Source of the DNA: Escherichia coli
GTDB taxonomy: Bacteria > Pseudomonadota > Gammaproteobacteria > Enterobacterales > Enterobacteriaceae
Length of the DNA stretch: 64,000 bases
Strand: one strand, 5' to 3'
Assembly: GCF_013315695.1 (NCBI RefSeq)
Contig: NZ_CP054353.1
This document shows positions 33,431-43,605 of the stretch, one piece after another. Positions within the stretch are counted from its first letter, which is position 1. Every line of letters begins with the position of its first letter. The notes below the pieces were generated by a model. The model did no database searches. It saw only the letters and a program-made list of their open reading frames with translations, and had not been told where the DNA came from. The translations under genes and the position numbers were made by a program.

Positions 33431-34366
33431 ATGCAAGAAAATCAACAAATTACAAAGAAAGAACAATACAACCTGAACAAATTACAAAAACGTCTGCGTC
33501 GTAACGTGGGCGAAGCCATTGCTGACTTCAATATGATTGAAGAAGGCGATCGCATCATGGTTTGCCTCTCCGGGGGTAAAGACAGCTATACCATGCTGGA
33601 AATTCTGCGCAATTTGCAGCAAAGCGCGCCAATCAATTTTTCGCTGGTGGCTGTTAACCTCGATCAAAAACAACCGGGCTTCCCGGAACACGTTCTGCCC
33701 GAGTATCTTGAAAAGCTGGGCGTTGAGTACAAGATTGTGGAAGAGAACACTTACGGTATCGTGAAAGAGAAGATTCCGGAGGGCAAAACCACTTGCTCAC
33801 TGTGTTCTCGTCTTCGTCGCGGTATCCTTTATCGCACCGCAACGGAACTGGGGGCGACGAAGATCGCGTTGGGTCACCATCGTGACGATATCCTGCAAAC
33901 GCTGTTCTTAAATATGTTCTACGGCGGCAAGATGAAAGGTATGCCTCCGAAACTGATGAGCGATGATGGCAAACATATCGTGATTCGCCCGCTGGCCTAC
34001 TGCCGCGAGAAAGATATTCAGCGCTTTGCCGATGCAAAAGCGTTCCCGATTATTCCGTGCAACCTGTGCGGTTCACAGCCTAACCTGCAACGTCAGGTGA
34101 TTGCTGACATGTTGCGTGACTGGGATAAACGTTATCCGGGGCGTATCGAGACGATGTTCAGCGCGATGCAGAATGTGGTGCCATCGCATCTGTGCGATAC
34201 CAACCTGTTCGATTTCAAAGGCATTACCCACGGTTCTGAAGTGGTTAACGGGGGTGATCTGGCGTTTGATCGCGAAGAGATCCCTCTACAACCGGCGGGT
34301 TGGCAGCCTGAAGAAGATGAAAATCAGTTGGATGAGTTACGACTGAATGTGGTTGAAGTGAAATAA
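33431..34366 (+). CDS. ttcA: tRNA 2-thiocytidine(32) synthetase TtcA
   Basis: 311-aa ORF with PP-loop SGGKDS and CxxC motifs; the att core lies inside its first 50 nt. Confidence 0.95.
   Translation: MQENQQITKKEQYNLNKLQKRLRRNVGEAIADFNMIEEGDRIMVCLSGGKDSYTMLEILRNLQQSAPINFSLVAVNLDQKQPGFPEHVLPEYLEKLGVEYKIVEENTYGIVKEKIPEGKTTCSLCSRLRRGILYRTATELGATKIALGHHRDDILQTLFLNMFYGGKMKGMPPKLMSDDGKHIVIRPLAYCREKDIQRFADAKAFPIIPCNLCGSQPNLQRQVIADMLRDWDKRYPGRIETMFSAMQNVVPSHLCDTNLFDFKGITHGSEVVNGGDLAFDREEIPLQPAGWQPEEDENQLDELRLNVVEVK
33455..33480. repeat. Prophage attachment core, left copy (26-bp direct repeat)
   Basis: aagaaagaacaatacaacctgaacaa, identical to 19132..19157. Confidence 0.75.
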
Positions 34367-34371
34367 CCCGG

Positions 34372-34450
34372 ATAGCGCCCGATGCGCAAGCTTATCGGGC
34401 TACTCTTATGGAGGCCGGAGAAGACGCGGCCAGCGTCGCATCCGGCAATC
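34372..34450. repeat. REP/BIME-type extragenic palindromes
   Basis: cccgatgcgcaagcttatcgggc and gcggccagcgtcgcatccggc resemble REP consensus units in opposite orientations, between convergent ttcA and dbpA. Confidence 0.5.
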
Positions 34451-34494
34451 CCGAAGAAGATGTTTACTCTTGCACCCGGCAATTCAACATTTCA

Positions 34495-35868
34495 TTATTT
34501 TAATAACCGCACCCGGCACGTTTTTCCTTTAATCTTCCCGCCCTGTAACTGTTTCCATGCTTTATGAGCAACAGCCTGACGCACCGCGACATAGACATGC
34601 GCCGGATGCACGGCGATTTTGCCAATATCTGCGCCATCAAGCCCGATGTCTCCTGTCAGCGCACCTAATACATCACCCGGGCGCATTTTGGCTTTTTTCC
34701 CGCCATCGATACATAACGTTGCCATTTCTGCTTCCAGCGGCACAATGGAACTATTAACTGGCGGCGTTTGCCAGTTAAGTTTTATCTGCAACATGTCAGA
34801 AATGATATTGGCCCGCTGTGCTTCTTCCGGGGCACAGAAACTGATCGCCAGACCGCTATTTCCTGCACGAGCTGTACGGCCGATGCGATGTACATGAACT
34901 TCAGGGTCCCACGCCAGCTCAAAGTTCACCACCAGCTCAAGCGATTTTATATCCAGACCACGCGCAGCAACATCAGTCGCGACCAGTACACGGGCGCTAC
35001 CGTTAGCAAAACGGACCAGGGTCTGATCGCGATCACGTTGCTCCAGATCGCCGTGTAACGACAATGCACTTTGCCCTACTTCATTCAGCGCGTCGCAGAC
35101 AGCCTGGCAATCTTTTTTGGTATTGCAAAACACCACGCAAGAGGATGGCTGATGCAAACTTAATAACCGTTGCAACAGCGGAATTTTGCCTTTGCTGGAT
35201 GTCTCATAAAATTGTTGTTCAATGGGAGGCAGAGCATCTGTTGAGTCAATTTCAATCGCCAATGGATCGCGTTGCACTCGTCCGCTGATTGCGGTGATGG
35301 CTTCCGGCCAGGTTGCCGAAAACAGAAGCGTCTGTCGAGATGCTGGCGCAAAACGGATAACATCATCAATGGCATCGCTAAATCCCATATCCAGCATGCG
35401 ATCGGCTTCATCCATCACCAGCATATTCAACGCATCCAGTGATACCGTGCCTTTTTGCAGATGGTCCAGCAAACGACCCGGGGTTGCCACGATAATATGC
35501 GGCGCATGTTGCAACGAATCACGCTGCATACCGAACGGTTGACCACCGCACAACGTCAAAATTTTGGTATTTGGCAGAAAACGCGCCAGCCGACGCAATT
35601 CACCTGCTACCTGATCCGCCAGTTCACGCGTAGGACACAGCACTAAAGCCTGGGTTTGAAATAGCGACGCATCAATTTGCTGTAACAAGCCGAGGCCAAA
35701 AGCCGCCGTTTTGCCACTGCCGGTTTTCGCCTGCACGCGAACATCTTTTCCGGCAAGGATCGCCGGAAGCGCGGCGGCCTGCACCGGCGTCATGGTTAAA
35801 TAACCCAACTCATTAAGGTTCGTGAGTTGGGCGGGAGGCAAAACATTCAGGGTAGAAAAAGCGGTCAC
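34495..35868 (-). CDS. dbpA: ATP-dependent 23S rRNA helicase DbpA (DEAD-box)
   Basis: 457-aa ORF with AKTGSGKT, DEAD and SAT motifs. Confidence 0.95.
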   Translation of the reverse strand: MTAFSTLNVLPPAQLTNLNELGYLTMTPVQAAALPAILAGKDVRVQAKTGSGKTAAFGLGLLQQIDASLFQTQALVLCPTRELADQVAGELRRLARFLPNTKILTLCGGQPFGMQRDSLQHAPHIIVATPGRLLDHLQKGTVSLDALNMLVMDEADRMLDMGFSDAIDDVIRFAPASRQTLLFSATWPEAITAISGRVQRDPLAIEIDSTDALPPIEQQFYETSSKGKIPLLQRLLSLHQPSSCVVFCNTKKDCQAVCDALNEVGQSALSLHGDLEQRDRDQTLVRFANGSARVLVATDVAARGLDIKSLELVVNFELAWDPEVHVHRIGRTARAGNSGLAISFCAPEEAQRANIISDMLQIKLNWQTPPVNSSIVPLEAEMATLCIDGGKKAKMRPGDVLGALTGDIGLDGADIGKIAVHPAHVYVAVRQAVAHKAWKQLQGGKIKGKTCRVRLLK

Positions 35869-35897
35869 AATCTATTCTCGTGGTCATCGACGCAAAG

Positions 35898-36071
35898 TCA
35901 GCAGGCACGTATCCTCGCAGATCTACGCTCACGATGCGACAATTTAATCGGTTCTTCATCGGGGGGTGGGTCAGGCATGGGTTGCGGGCGAGGGATCGGA
36001 TCGGGCACAGGAACAGGATCGCCAGGAATCGGTTCAGGGACAGGAATTTGCAAATAAATGAGTGTCGTCAT
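35898..36071 (-). CDS. Candidate proline-rich small protein (57 aa), unannotated
   Basis: Below the ORF-track cutoff; ATG at 36069-36071 preceded by GGAGGG; encodes MTTLIYLQIPVPEPIPGDPVPVPDPIPRPQPMPDPPPDEEPIKLSHRERRSARIRAC*; co-oriented with zntB, fnrS and dbpA. Confidence 0.35.
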   Translation of the reverse strand: MTTLIYLQIPVPEPIPGDPVPVPDPIPRPQPMPDPPPDEEPIKLSHRERRSARIRAC

Positions 36072-36128
36072 ATTTCCCTCCGGTCATTGGGTGGACTCTT
36101 AAAGGGTAGACGCTGATATATAACAGGC

Positions 36129-36250
36129 AAAAAAAAGCCGACTCATCAAAGTCGGCGTCGTACGAATCAATTGTGCTATGCAGTAATTCAAAAAAGGAAG
36201 TAAGACAATATGGAGCGCAACGCCCATCGCTTGACGTTGCATTCACCTGC
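36129..36250 (-). ncRNA. fnrS: FnrS sRNA (FNR-activated, Hfq-dependent)
   Basis: Reverse complement starts GCAGGTGAATGCAACGTCAAGCGATGGGCG... and ends in hairpin GCCGACTTTGATGAGTCGGC plus T8; 122 nt; lies between zntB and dbpA as in K-12. Confidence 0.8.
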
Positions 36251-36285
36251 AAGGGAGATATTGCCCTGAATGGGTAGAGAGTTTA

Positions 36286-36299
36286 TTGACTTCGCTCAA
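36286..36299. promoter_or_regulatory. FNR binding site of the fnrS promoter
   Basis: ttgacttcgctcaa (TTGAT-N4-ATCAA type), centred about 42 bp upstream of the inferred FnrS 5-prime end. Confidence 0.6.
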
Positions 36300-36345
36300 A
36301 CTTTGCGGCGTTTTTGTATACAGACAGCCGGGAAAATTGCTTTTG

Positions 36346-37350
<1,005 letters not shown>

Positions 37351-37583
37351 TTATTTTGTAGTCTAGCCTTCTGGCCCTGTTACGCAACATCTCATCACCC
37401 CATTACCCTGAAATGATTAATAAAATTCTGTCTAAATTGAATACAAAAAGCAAAATGCTTTTCCATATACAAACCGTGTGAAGTGTTAAATAGCGTCTAT
37501 CATTATCAGAATTATCTGATCATATGACGTGGCTTTTTTGCGATCGGATAGCAACAAAAATTGATAAAAATAACGGGATCTCA

Positions 37584-38816
37584 ATGATTACGCACAACTT
37601 CAATACCCTGGACTTACTCACCAGTCCTGTCTGGATCGTTTCGCCCTTTGAGGAACAGTTAATTTATGCCAACAGCGCGGCGCGACTGTTGATGCAAGAC
37701 CTCACGTTTAGTCAGCTACGAACCGGTCCCTATTCCGTCTCCTCACAAAAAGAACTGCCGAAATACCTCTCCGATCTGCAAAACCAACACGATATTATCG
37801 AAATCCTCACCGTTCAACGTAAAGAAGAGGAAACAGCATTAAGCTGTCGGCTTGTTTTGCGAGAGCTGACAGAAGCAGAACCGGTGATTATTTTCGAAGG
37901 TATCGAAGCGCCGGCAACGCTGGGTTTAAAAGCCAGTCGCTCGGCAAATTATCAGCGCAAAAAACAAGGTTTTTATGCGAGCTTTTTTCTGACTAACTCT
38001 GCACCAATGTTGTTGATTGCCCCCTCACGAGATGGCCAAATCGTTGATGCTAACCTCGCCGCGCTCAATTTCTATGGTTATAACCATGAAACGATGTGCC
38101 AGAAACATACCTGGGAAATAAATATGCTCGGGCGTCGCGTCATGCCTATCATGCATGAAATTTCGCATTTACCCGGTGGCCATAAGCCTTTGAATTTTGT
38201 TCATAAACTGGCGGATGGTTCGACTCGTCATGTGCAGACCTATGCCGGTCCGATTGAAATTTATGGCGACAAGCTCATGTTATGTATTGTGCATGATATT
38301 ACTGAGCAAAAACGGCTGGAGGAGCAGCTGGAACATGCTGCCCACCATGACGCGATGACCGGATTACTGAATCGGCGACAGTTTTATCACATTACCGAGC
38401 CAGGCCAAATGCAGCACCTCGCCATCGCTCAGGATTACAGCTTGTTGCTCATCGACACCGATCGTTTTAAACACATTAACGATCTCTATGGGCATTCTAA
38501 AGGTGATGAGGTGTTATGCGCCCTCGCCCGCACCCTCGAAAGTTGCGCTCGCAAAGGCGATTTGGTGTTTCGTTGGGGAGGCGAAGAGTTTGTCTTATTG
38601 CTACCAAGAACCCCACTGGATACCGCGCTTTCGCTGGCTGAAACTATCCGCGTAAGCGTGGCAAAAGTGAGTATTTCGGGCTTACCACGCTTTACCGTCA
38701 GCATTGGTGTGGCGCATCACGAAGGAAATGAAAGCATCGATGAGCTGTTTAAACGCGTTGATGATGCTTTGTATCGGGCGAAAAATGATGGACGCAACCG
38801 CGTGCTGGCGGCATAA
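37584..38816 (+). CDS. dgcM: Diguanylate cyclase DgcM (PAS-PAS-GGDEF)
   Basis: ORF track 37524..38816; ATG at 37584 gives MITHNFNTLDLL... (410 aa) with an intact RWGGEEF active-site motif. Confidence 0.9.
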   Translation: MITHNFNTLDLLTSPVWIVSPFEEQLIYANSAARLLMQDLTFSQLRTGPYSVSSQKELPKYLSDLQNQHDIIEILTVQRKEEETALSCRLVLRELTEAEPVIIFEGIEAPATLGLKASRSANYQRKKQGFYASFFLTNSAPMLLIAPSRDGQIVDANLAALNFYGYNHETMCQKHTWEINMLGRRVMPIMHEISHLPGGHKPLNFVHKLADGSTRHVQTYAGPIEIYGDKLMLCIVHDITEQKRLEEQLEHAAHHDAMTGLLNRRQFYHITEPGQMQHLAIAQDYSLLLIDTDRFKHINDLYGHSKGDEVLCALARTLESCARKGDLVFRWGGEEFVLLLPRTPLDTALSLAETIRVSVAKVSISGLPRFTVSIGVAHHEGNESIDELFKRVDDALYRAKNDGRNRVLAA

Positions 38817-38836
38817 GCCGCGGATGCGTCTCGAGA

Positions 38837-39400
38837 TCAACGACTGCGCTTAGCGTGGCGCTCCCAGTTTTCTTGCTTTGCCTGTGCCGTTTTACGTAGT
38901 GCGACGTAACACGCCCCGCTGCCGCCATGATGCGGTAGCGCGGTACAATATGCCTGGACATCATCAAATTCGGTCAACCAGCGCGCCACATAGCTGCGGA
39001 CAATATTGGCATGTGATTTATCTTCCCGCCCTTTACCATGAATAATCAGCACATTACGCAAACCATCCGCCAGGGCTTGTTGAATGAAACTGAACACCAT
39101 TTTGCGGCACTCTTCCACCGGCTGGCGCAAAAGATTCAGGCTCGCCTGTTGCGGATATTTACCACTGCGCAGCTTATCCAGCACCCCATGTTGCAACCCT
39201 TCCCGCCGAAACTCCAGCGGCTGAGTTAGCGGGATGATGTCGAGAAATCCAGTGGTGAGGAAATTATCAAGTTGCAGCGTGTCGATACGCTGCGGCGCAC
39301 GTTGGTTACGCGTGGGATGCCAGTGGACATCTGTAGCATGTTTCAGCGGCTGGACATCTTCCATGGCGTCAAGAAACAGCGATTTGTCGTCAAGGTTCAT
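38837..39400 (-). CDS. smrA: Smr-domain DNA endonuclease SmrA
   Basis: 187-aa ORF with C-terminal Smr domain (...LIIHGKGREDKSHANIVRSYVARWL...). Confidence 0.9.
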   Translation of the reverse strand: MNLDDKSLFLDAMEDVQPLKHATDVHWHPTRNQRAPQRIDTLQLDNFLTTGFLDIIPLTQPLEFRREGLQHGVLDKLRSGKYPQQASLNLLRQPVEECRKMVFSFIQQALADGLRNVLIIHGKGREDKSHANIVRSYVARWLTEFDDVQAYCTALPHHGGSGACYVALRKTAQAKQENWERHAKRSR

Positions 39401-39627
39401 GTTACATCCTCCCGCAATTAAGAGCGCGATATGATAACCAGACCGGGCTGGTCCAACAACGTATTACCCAAATTTCCAGTAATAAGTTCCAAATGTTGCC
39501 GATATTTTAAGCAAAATGCTTATGCATGATTATTCATTCACTATATTAATAATGTAACTTATATTTTCGTGAAATCTGTCACTGAAGAAAATTGGCAACT
39601 AAAGGTTAAAACCGTTATAACACAGTC

Positions 39628-39722
39628 ACCGGCGCAGAGGAGACCATGCCGGATTTAAGACGCGGATGCACTGCTGTGTGTACTGTAGAGTCTGGCGGAT
39701 GTCGACAGACTCTATTTTTTTA
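39628..39722 (+). ncRNA. mcaS: McaS (IsrA) sRNA
   Basis: ACCGGCGCAGAGGAGACCATGCCGGATTTAAGACGCGGATGCACTGCTGTGTGTACTGTAGAGTCTGGCGGATGTCGACAGACTCTATTTTTTT; matches McaS and its terminator; lies between smrA and abgR as in K-12. Confidence 0.8.
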
Positions 39723-39729
39723 TGCAGTT

Positions 39730-40638
39730 TTAACTTTGCAGATAGCCGCATTCTCGCCGAAATTGCGTGATTAATGACGCGGTCAGTGGTGTCTGGCGAC
39801 TATCACGCCGCTGAATCAAATAATAGGTCGCTTTCGGTAAAATTTCGCTAACCGGCAACATCACCAGCCCCTGTCCGTGCAAGGGATCGCAGCCCATTTC
39901 TTCAGGTAGTATGCTGAGAAAATCGCTTTTTGCCACCAGACTGATACAGGCTGAGAACGTCTCGCAGACTACGCCGACCTGTGGCGTTTGCGCCTGCTCG
40001 TCAAGCAATTCACTCAACTGTTTGTAGTAGCTGCCGTGTGGCGTCGGCATTGTCCAGCTGTAGTCCAGTAACTGTTTGATCGAACGGGCACCAATGGCGG
40101 GATGTCCCGGGCGGCAAAAGATCGCGAATTGCTTTTCCAGTAATTTCTCAAAAGTAAATTCGTGGTCGTAGGGTCCCTGATAATAGGTATTGATGGTGAA
40201 ATCCAGTTCTCCCTGGCGCAATTCATTAATCATCGACACCAGTTGCCCTTCCATAATGCGTACTTTTACCTGTGGATGCTGCTGATGAAAACGAGATATG
40301 ACAGCTGGCATCAGACTGCGGGAAATACTGGCCCCCATGCCGATATTAATTTGCCCTGCCAGTTGCCCTTGTCGTTGGCGAATATCCTCTTGCGCTGCGC
40401 GCAGCTCTTCAAGAATAAGACTGGCGTGCTGATAAAAACTTTCACCGGCATCAGTTAACGTCACGCCTTTACTACGGCGAAAAAAGAGTTGCGCCGCTAA
40501 CCCTTCTTCCAGCTCCTGAATAGATTTACTCAGTGCCGGTTGCGACATATTCAACATTCGGCTCGCTCCGCGAATGCTGCCCTGACGAGCCACTTCAACA
40601 AAAGCCCGAATTTGATGAATTTTTACCTGAAAAGCCAT
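39730..40638 (-). CDS. abgR: LysR-family regulator of the abg operon
   Basis: 302-aa ORF with N-terminal helix-turn-helix; divergent from abgA. Confidence 0.9.
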   Translation of the reverse strand: MAFQVKIHQIRAFVEVARQGSIRGASRMLNMSQPALSKSIQELEEGLAAQLFFRRSKGVTLTDAGESFYQHASLILEELRAAQEDIRQRQGQLAGQINIGMGASISRSLMPAVISRFHQQHPQVKVRIMEGQLVSMINELRQGELDFTINTYYQGPYDHEFTFEKLLEKQFAIFCRPGHPAIGARSIKQLLDYSWTMPTPHGSYYKQLSELLDEQAQTPQVGVVCETFSACISLVAKSDFLSILPEEMGCDPLHGQGLVMLPVSEILPKATYYLIQRRDSRQTPLTASLITQFRRECGYLQS

Positions 40639-40813
40639 GACGCCACCGATAACCGTTATTTATCAGACCAAAGAAACTGGCATCTACTTTAATGCAGATG
40701 ATTGTGTCAGGGTAATTTATGAACGGTTAAAACTGTGAAAAATCAGTTAGTGATAAGTAAAAACTATCGCTACGTGAACCGGGTCACACTTTTTACTGAT
40801 GACGGGAAAGGTT

Positions 40814-42124
40814 ATGGAGTCTTTGAATCAATTTATTAATTCGCTTGCCCCAAAATTATCGCACTGGCGACGTGATTTTCACCACTATGCAGAGTCTGGC
40901 TGGGTGGAATTCCGCACTGCCACCGTTGTTGCGGAAGAATTGCACCAGCTCGGTTATTCACTGGCGCTGGGCCGCGAAGTCGTTAATGAAAGTAGCCGGA
41001 TGGGATTACCTGATGAATTCACTCTACAACGCGAATTCGAGCGCGCTCGTCAACAGGGGGCGCTAGAACAATGGATTGCGGCTTTTGAAGGCGGTTTCAC
41101 TGGCATCGTCGCTACCCTGGATACCGGTCGCCCCGGTCCGGTGATGGCTTTCCGTGTCGATATGGACGCGCTGGATCTCAGTGAAGAGCAGGATGTCAGC
41201 CATCGCCCCTACCGCGACGGTTTTGCGTCATGTAACGCCGGAATGATGCATGCCTGTGGTCATGATGGACATACCGCCATTGGGCTTGGGCTGGCGCATA
41301 CCCTTAAACAGTTCGAGTCCGGACTACATGGCGTCATCAAACTGATTTTTCAACCTGCAGAGGAAGGTACGCGTGGCGCGCGGGCGATGGTCGATGCAGG
41401 AGTAGTGGATGATGTTGATTATTTTACTGCCGTGCACATTGGCACTGGCGTACCTGCGGGCACCGTGGTGTGCGGCAGTGATAATTTTATGGCAACCACC
41501 AAATTTGACGCGCACTTCACCGGAACCGCCGCTCACGCAGGCGCAAAACCAGAAGACGGTCACAATGCCTTGTTGGCTGCAGCACAAGCAACTCTTGCAC
41601 TGCATGCAATCGCCCCGCACAGCGAAGGAGCTTCCAGAGTAAACGTGGGCGTTATGCAGGCAGGAAGCGGTCGTAATGTTGTTCCTGCCTCGGCGTTGCT
41701 GAAAGTGGAAACACGCGGGGCCAGCGACGTCATTAATCAATATGTTTTTGAACGTGCACAACAAGCGATTCAGGGCGCAGCAACCATGTATGGTGTCGGC
41801 GTTGAAACTCGTCTGATGGGTGCAGCTACCGCCAGTTCTCCTTCGCCGCAATGGGTCGCATGGTTGCAAAGTCAGGCGGCTCAGGTCGCGGGGGTCAATC
41901 AGGCCATTGAACGTGTTGAAGCGCCTGCGGGTTCCGAAGATGCCACATTAATGATGGCCCGCGTGCAGCAACATCAAGGGCAAGCCTCCTATATGGTGTT
42001 TGGCACACAGCTGGCGGCAGGTCATCACAACGAAAAATTCGATTTTGACGAGCAGGTTCTCGCTATTGCCGTCGAAACGCTGGCGCGCACCGCGCTCAAT
42101 TTTCCCTGGACGCGAGGTATCTGA
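40814..42124 (+). CDS. abgA: p-Aminobenzoyl-glutamate hydrolase subunit A (M20 peptidase)
   Basis: ORF track 40799..42124; ATG at 40814 gives MESLNQFINSLAPKL... (436 aa). Confidence 0.9.
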   Translation: MESLNQFINSLAPKLSHWRRDFHHYAESGWVEFRTATVVAEELHQLGYSLALGREVVNESSRMGLPDEFTLQREFERARQQGALEQWIAAFEGGFTGIVATLDTGRPGPVMAFRVDMDALDLSEEQDVSHRPYRDGFASCNAGMMHACGHDGHTAIGLGLAHTLKQFESGLHGVIKLIFQPAEEGTRGARAMVDAGVVDDVDYFTAVHIGTGVPAGTVVCGSDNFMATTKFDAHFTGTAAHAGAKPEDGHNALLAAAQATLALHAIAPHSEGASRVNVGVMQAGSGRNVVPASALLKVETRGASDVINQYVFERAQQAIQGAATMYGVGVETRLMGAATASSPSPQWVAWLQSQAAQVAGVNQAIERVEAPAGSEDATLMMARVQQHQGQASYMVFGTQLAAGHHNEKFDFDEQVLAIAVETLARTALNFPWTRGI

Positions 42125-43569
42125 TGCAGGAAATCTATCGTTTTATCGACGATGCGATTGAAGCCGATCGCCAACGTTATACCGATATTGCCGATCAAAT
42201 CTGGGATCATCCAGAAACACGTTTTGAAGAGTTCTGGTCAGCGGAGCATCTGGCTTCGGCGCTGGAGTCTGCAGGCTTCACCGTTACCCGCAACGTAGGC
42301 AATATCCCAAATGCCTTTATTGCTTCGTTTGGTCAAGGCAAACCGGTTATCGCCCTGCTGGGGGAATATGACGCCCTGGCAGGTTTAAGTCAGCAAGCAA
42401 GTTGCGCGCAACCTACATCCGCGACGCCCGGTGAAAATGGTCACGGTTGCGGACACAATTTGCTGGGAACCGCCGCCTTTGCCGCAGCAATAGCCGTCAA
42501 GAAATGGCTGGAACAATATGGGCAAGGCGGCACGGTGCGCTTTTATGGTTGTCCTGGCGAAGAAGGCGGCTCGGGTAAAACGTTCATGGTCCGCGAGGGG
42601 GTATTTGATGATGTGGATGCGGCACTCACCTGGCACCCGGAAGCCTTTGCCGGTATGTTCAATACCCGCACGCTGGCAAACATTCAGGCATCATGGCGCT
42701 TTAAAGGGATCGCAGCACATGCCGCGAATTCCCCTCATTTGGGACGCAGCGCCCTTGATGCCGTAACGTTGATGACCACTGGCACCAACTTCCTCAACGA
42801 ACATATTATTGAAAAAGCGCGCGTACACTATGCCATCACAGAGAGCGGCGGGATCTCGCCCAACGTGGTCCAGGCGCAGGCAGAAGTGCTTTATCTTATC
42901 CGCGCCCCCGAAATGACCGACGTGCAGCATATTTATGATCGGGTCGCCAAAATCGCCGAAGGTGCGGCATTGATGACCGAAACCACGGTTGAATGCCGCT
43001 TCGACAAAGCCTGTTCCAGTTATCTCCCGAATCGCACCTTAGAAAATGCCATGTACCAGGCCCTATCCCATTTTGGTACTCCGGAATGGAACTGCGAAGA
43101 ACTGGCTTTTGCGAAACAAATTCAGGCTACGCTCACCCCCAACGATCGGCAAAACAGTCTGAATAATATCGCTGCAACCGGTGGCGAAAACGGCAAGGCT
43201 TTTGCACTACGTCATCGTGAAACGGTACTGGCGAATGAAGTCGCTCCATATGCCGCCACCGATAACGTGCTTGCGGCATCGACTGATGTCGGCGACGTCA
43301 GTTGGAAACTGCCTGTTGCCCAGTGTTTCAGCCCCTGCTTTGCCGTCGGTACCCCGCTACATACGTGGCAACTGGTTAGCCAGGGGCGAACATCTATTGC
43401 TCATAAAGGAATGCTGCTGGCGGCGAAAACTATGGCAGCAACCACACTTAATCTCTTCATTGATTCAGGGCTATTGCAAGAATGCCAACAAGAGCATCAG
43501 CAAGTTACGGACACGCAACCGTATCACTGCCCTATCCCGAAAAACGTGACACCGTCACCTTTAAAATAA
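42124..43569 (+). CDS. abgB: p-Aminobenzoyl-glutamate hydrolase subunit B (M20 peptidase)
   Basis: 481-aa ORF; start overlaps the abgA stop. Confidence 0.9.
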   Translation: MQEIYRFIDDAIEADRQRYTDIADQIWDHPETRFEEFWSAEHLASALESAGFTVTRNVGNIPNAFIASFGQGKPVIALLGEYDALAGLSQQASCAQPTSATPGENGHGCGHNLLGTAAFAAAIAVKKWLEQYGQGGTVRFYGCPGEEGGSGKTFMVREGVFDDVDAALTWHPEAFAGMFNTRTLANIQASWRFKGIAAHAANSPHLGRSALDAVTLMTTGTNFLNEHIIEKARVHYAITESGGISPNVVQAQAEVLYLIRAPEMTDVQHIYDRVAKIAEGAALMTETTVECRFDKACSSYLPNRTLENAMYQALSHFGTPEWNCEELAFAKQIQATLTPNDRQNSLNNIAATGGENGKAFALRHRETVLANEVAPYAATDNVLAASTDVGDVSWKLPVAQCFSPCFAVGTPLHTWQLVSQGRTSIAHKGMLLAAKTMAATTLNLFIDSGLLQECQQEHQQVTDTQPYHCPIPKNVTPSPLK

Positions 43570-43605
43570 CAACAACAACGCAAACACAACAAACGAGGAA
43601 TGCCC

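Noticed and set aside
35827-36057. 76-aa glycine-rich plus-strand ORF between dbpA and zntB
   Set aside because: It is the mirror image of the proline-rich reverse-strand ORF, which has a strong ribosome-binding site and is co-oriented with its neighbours.
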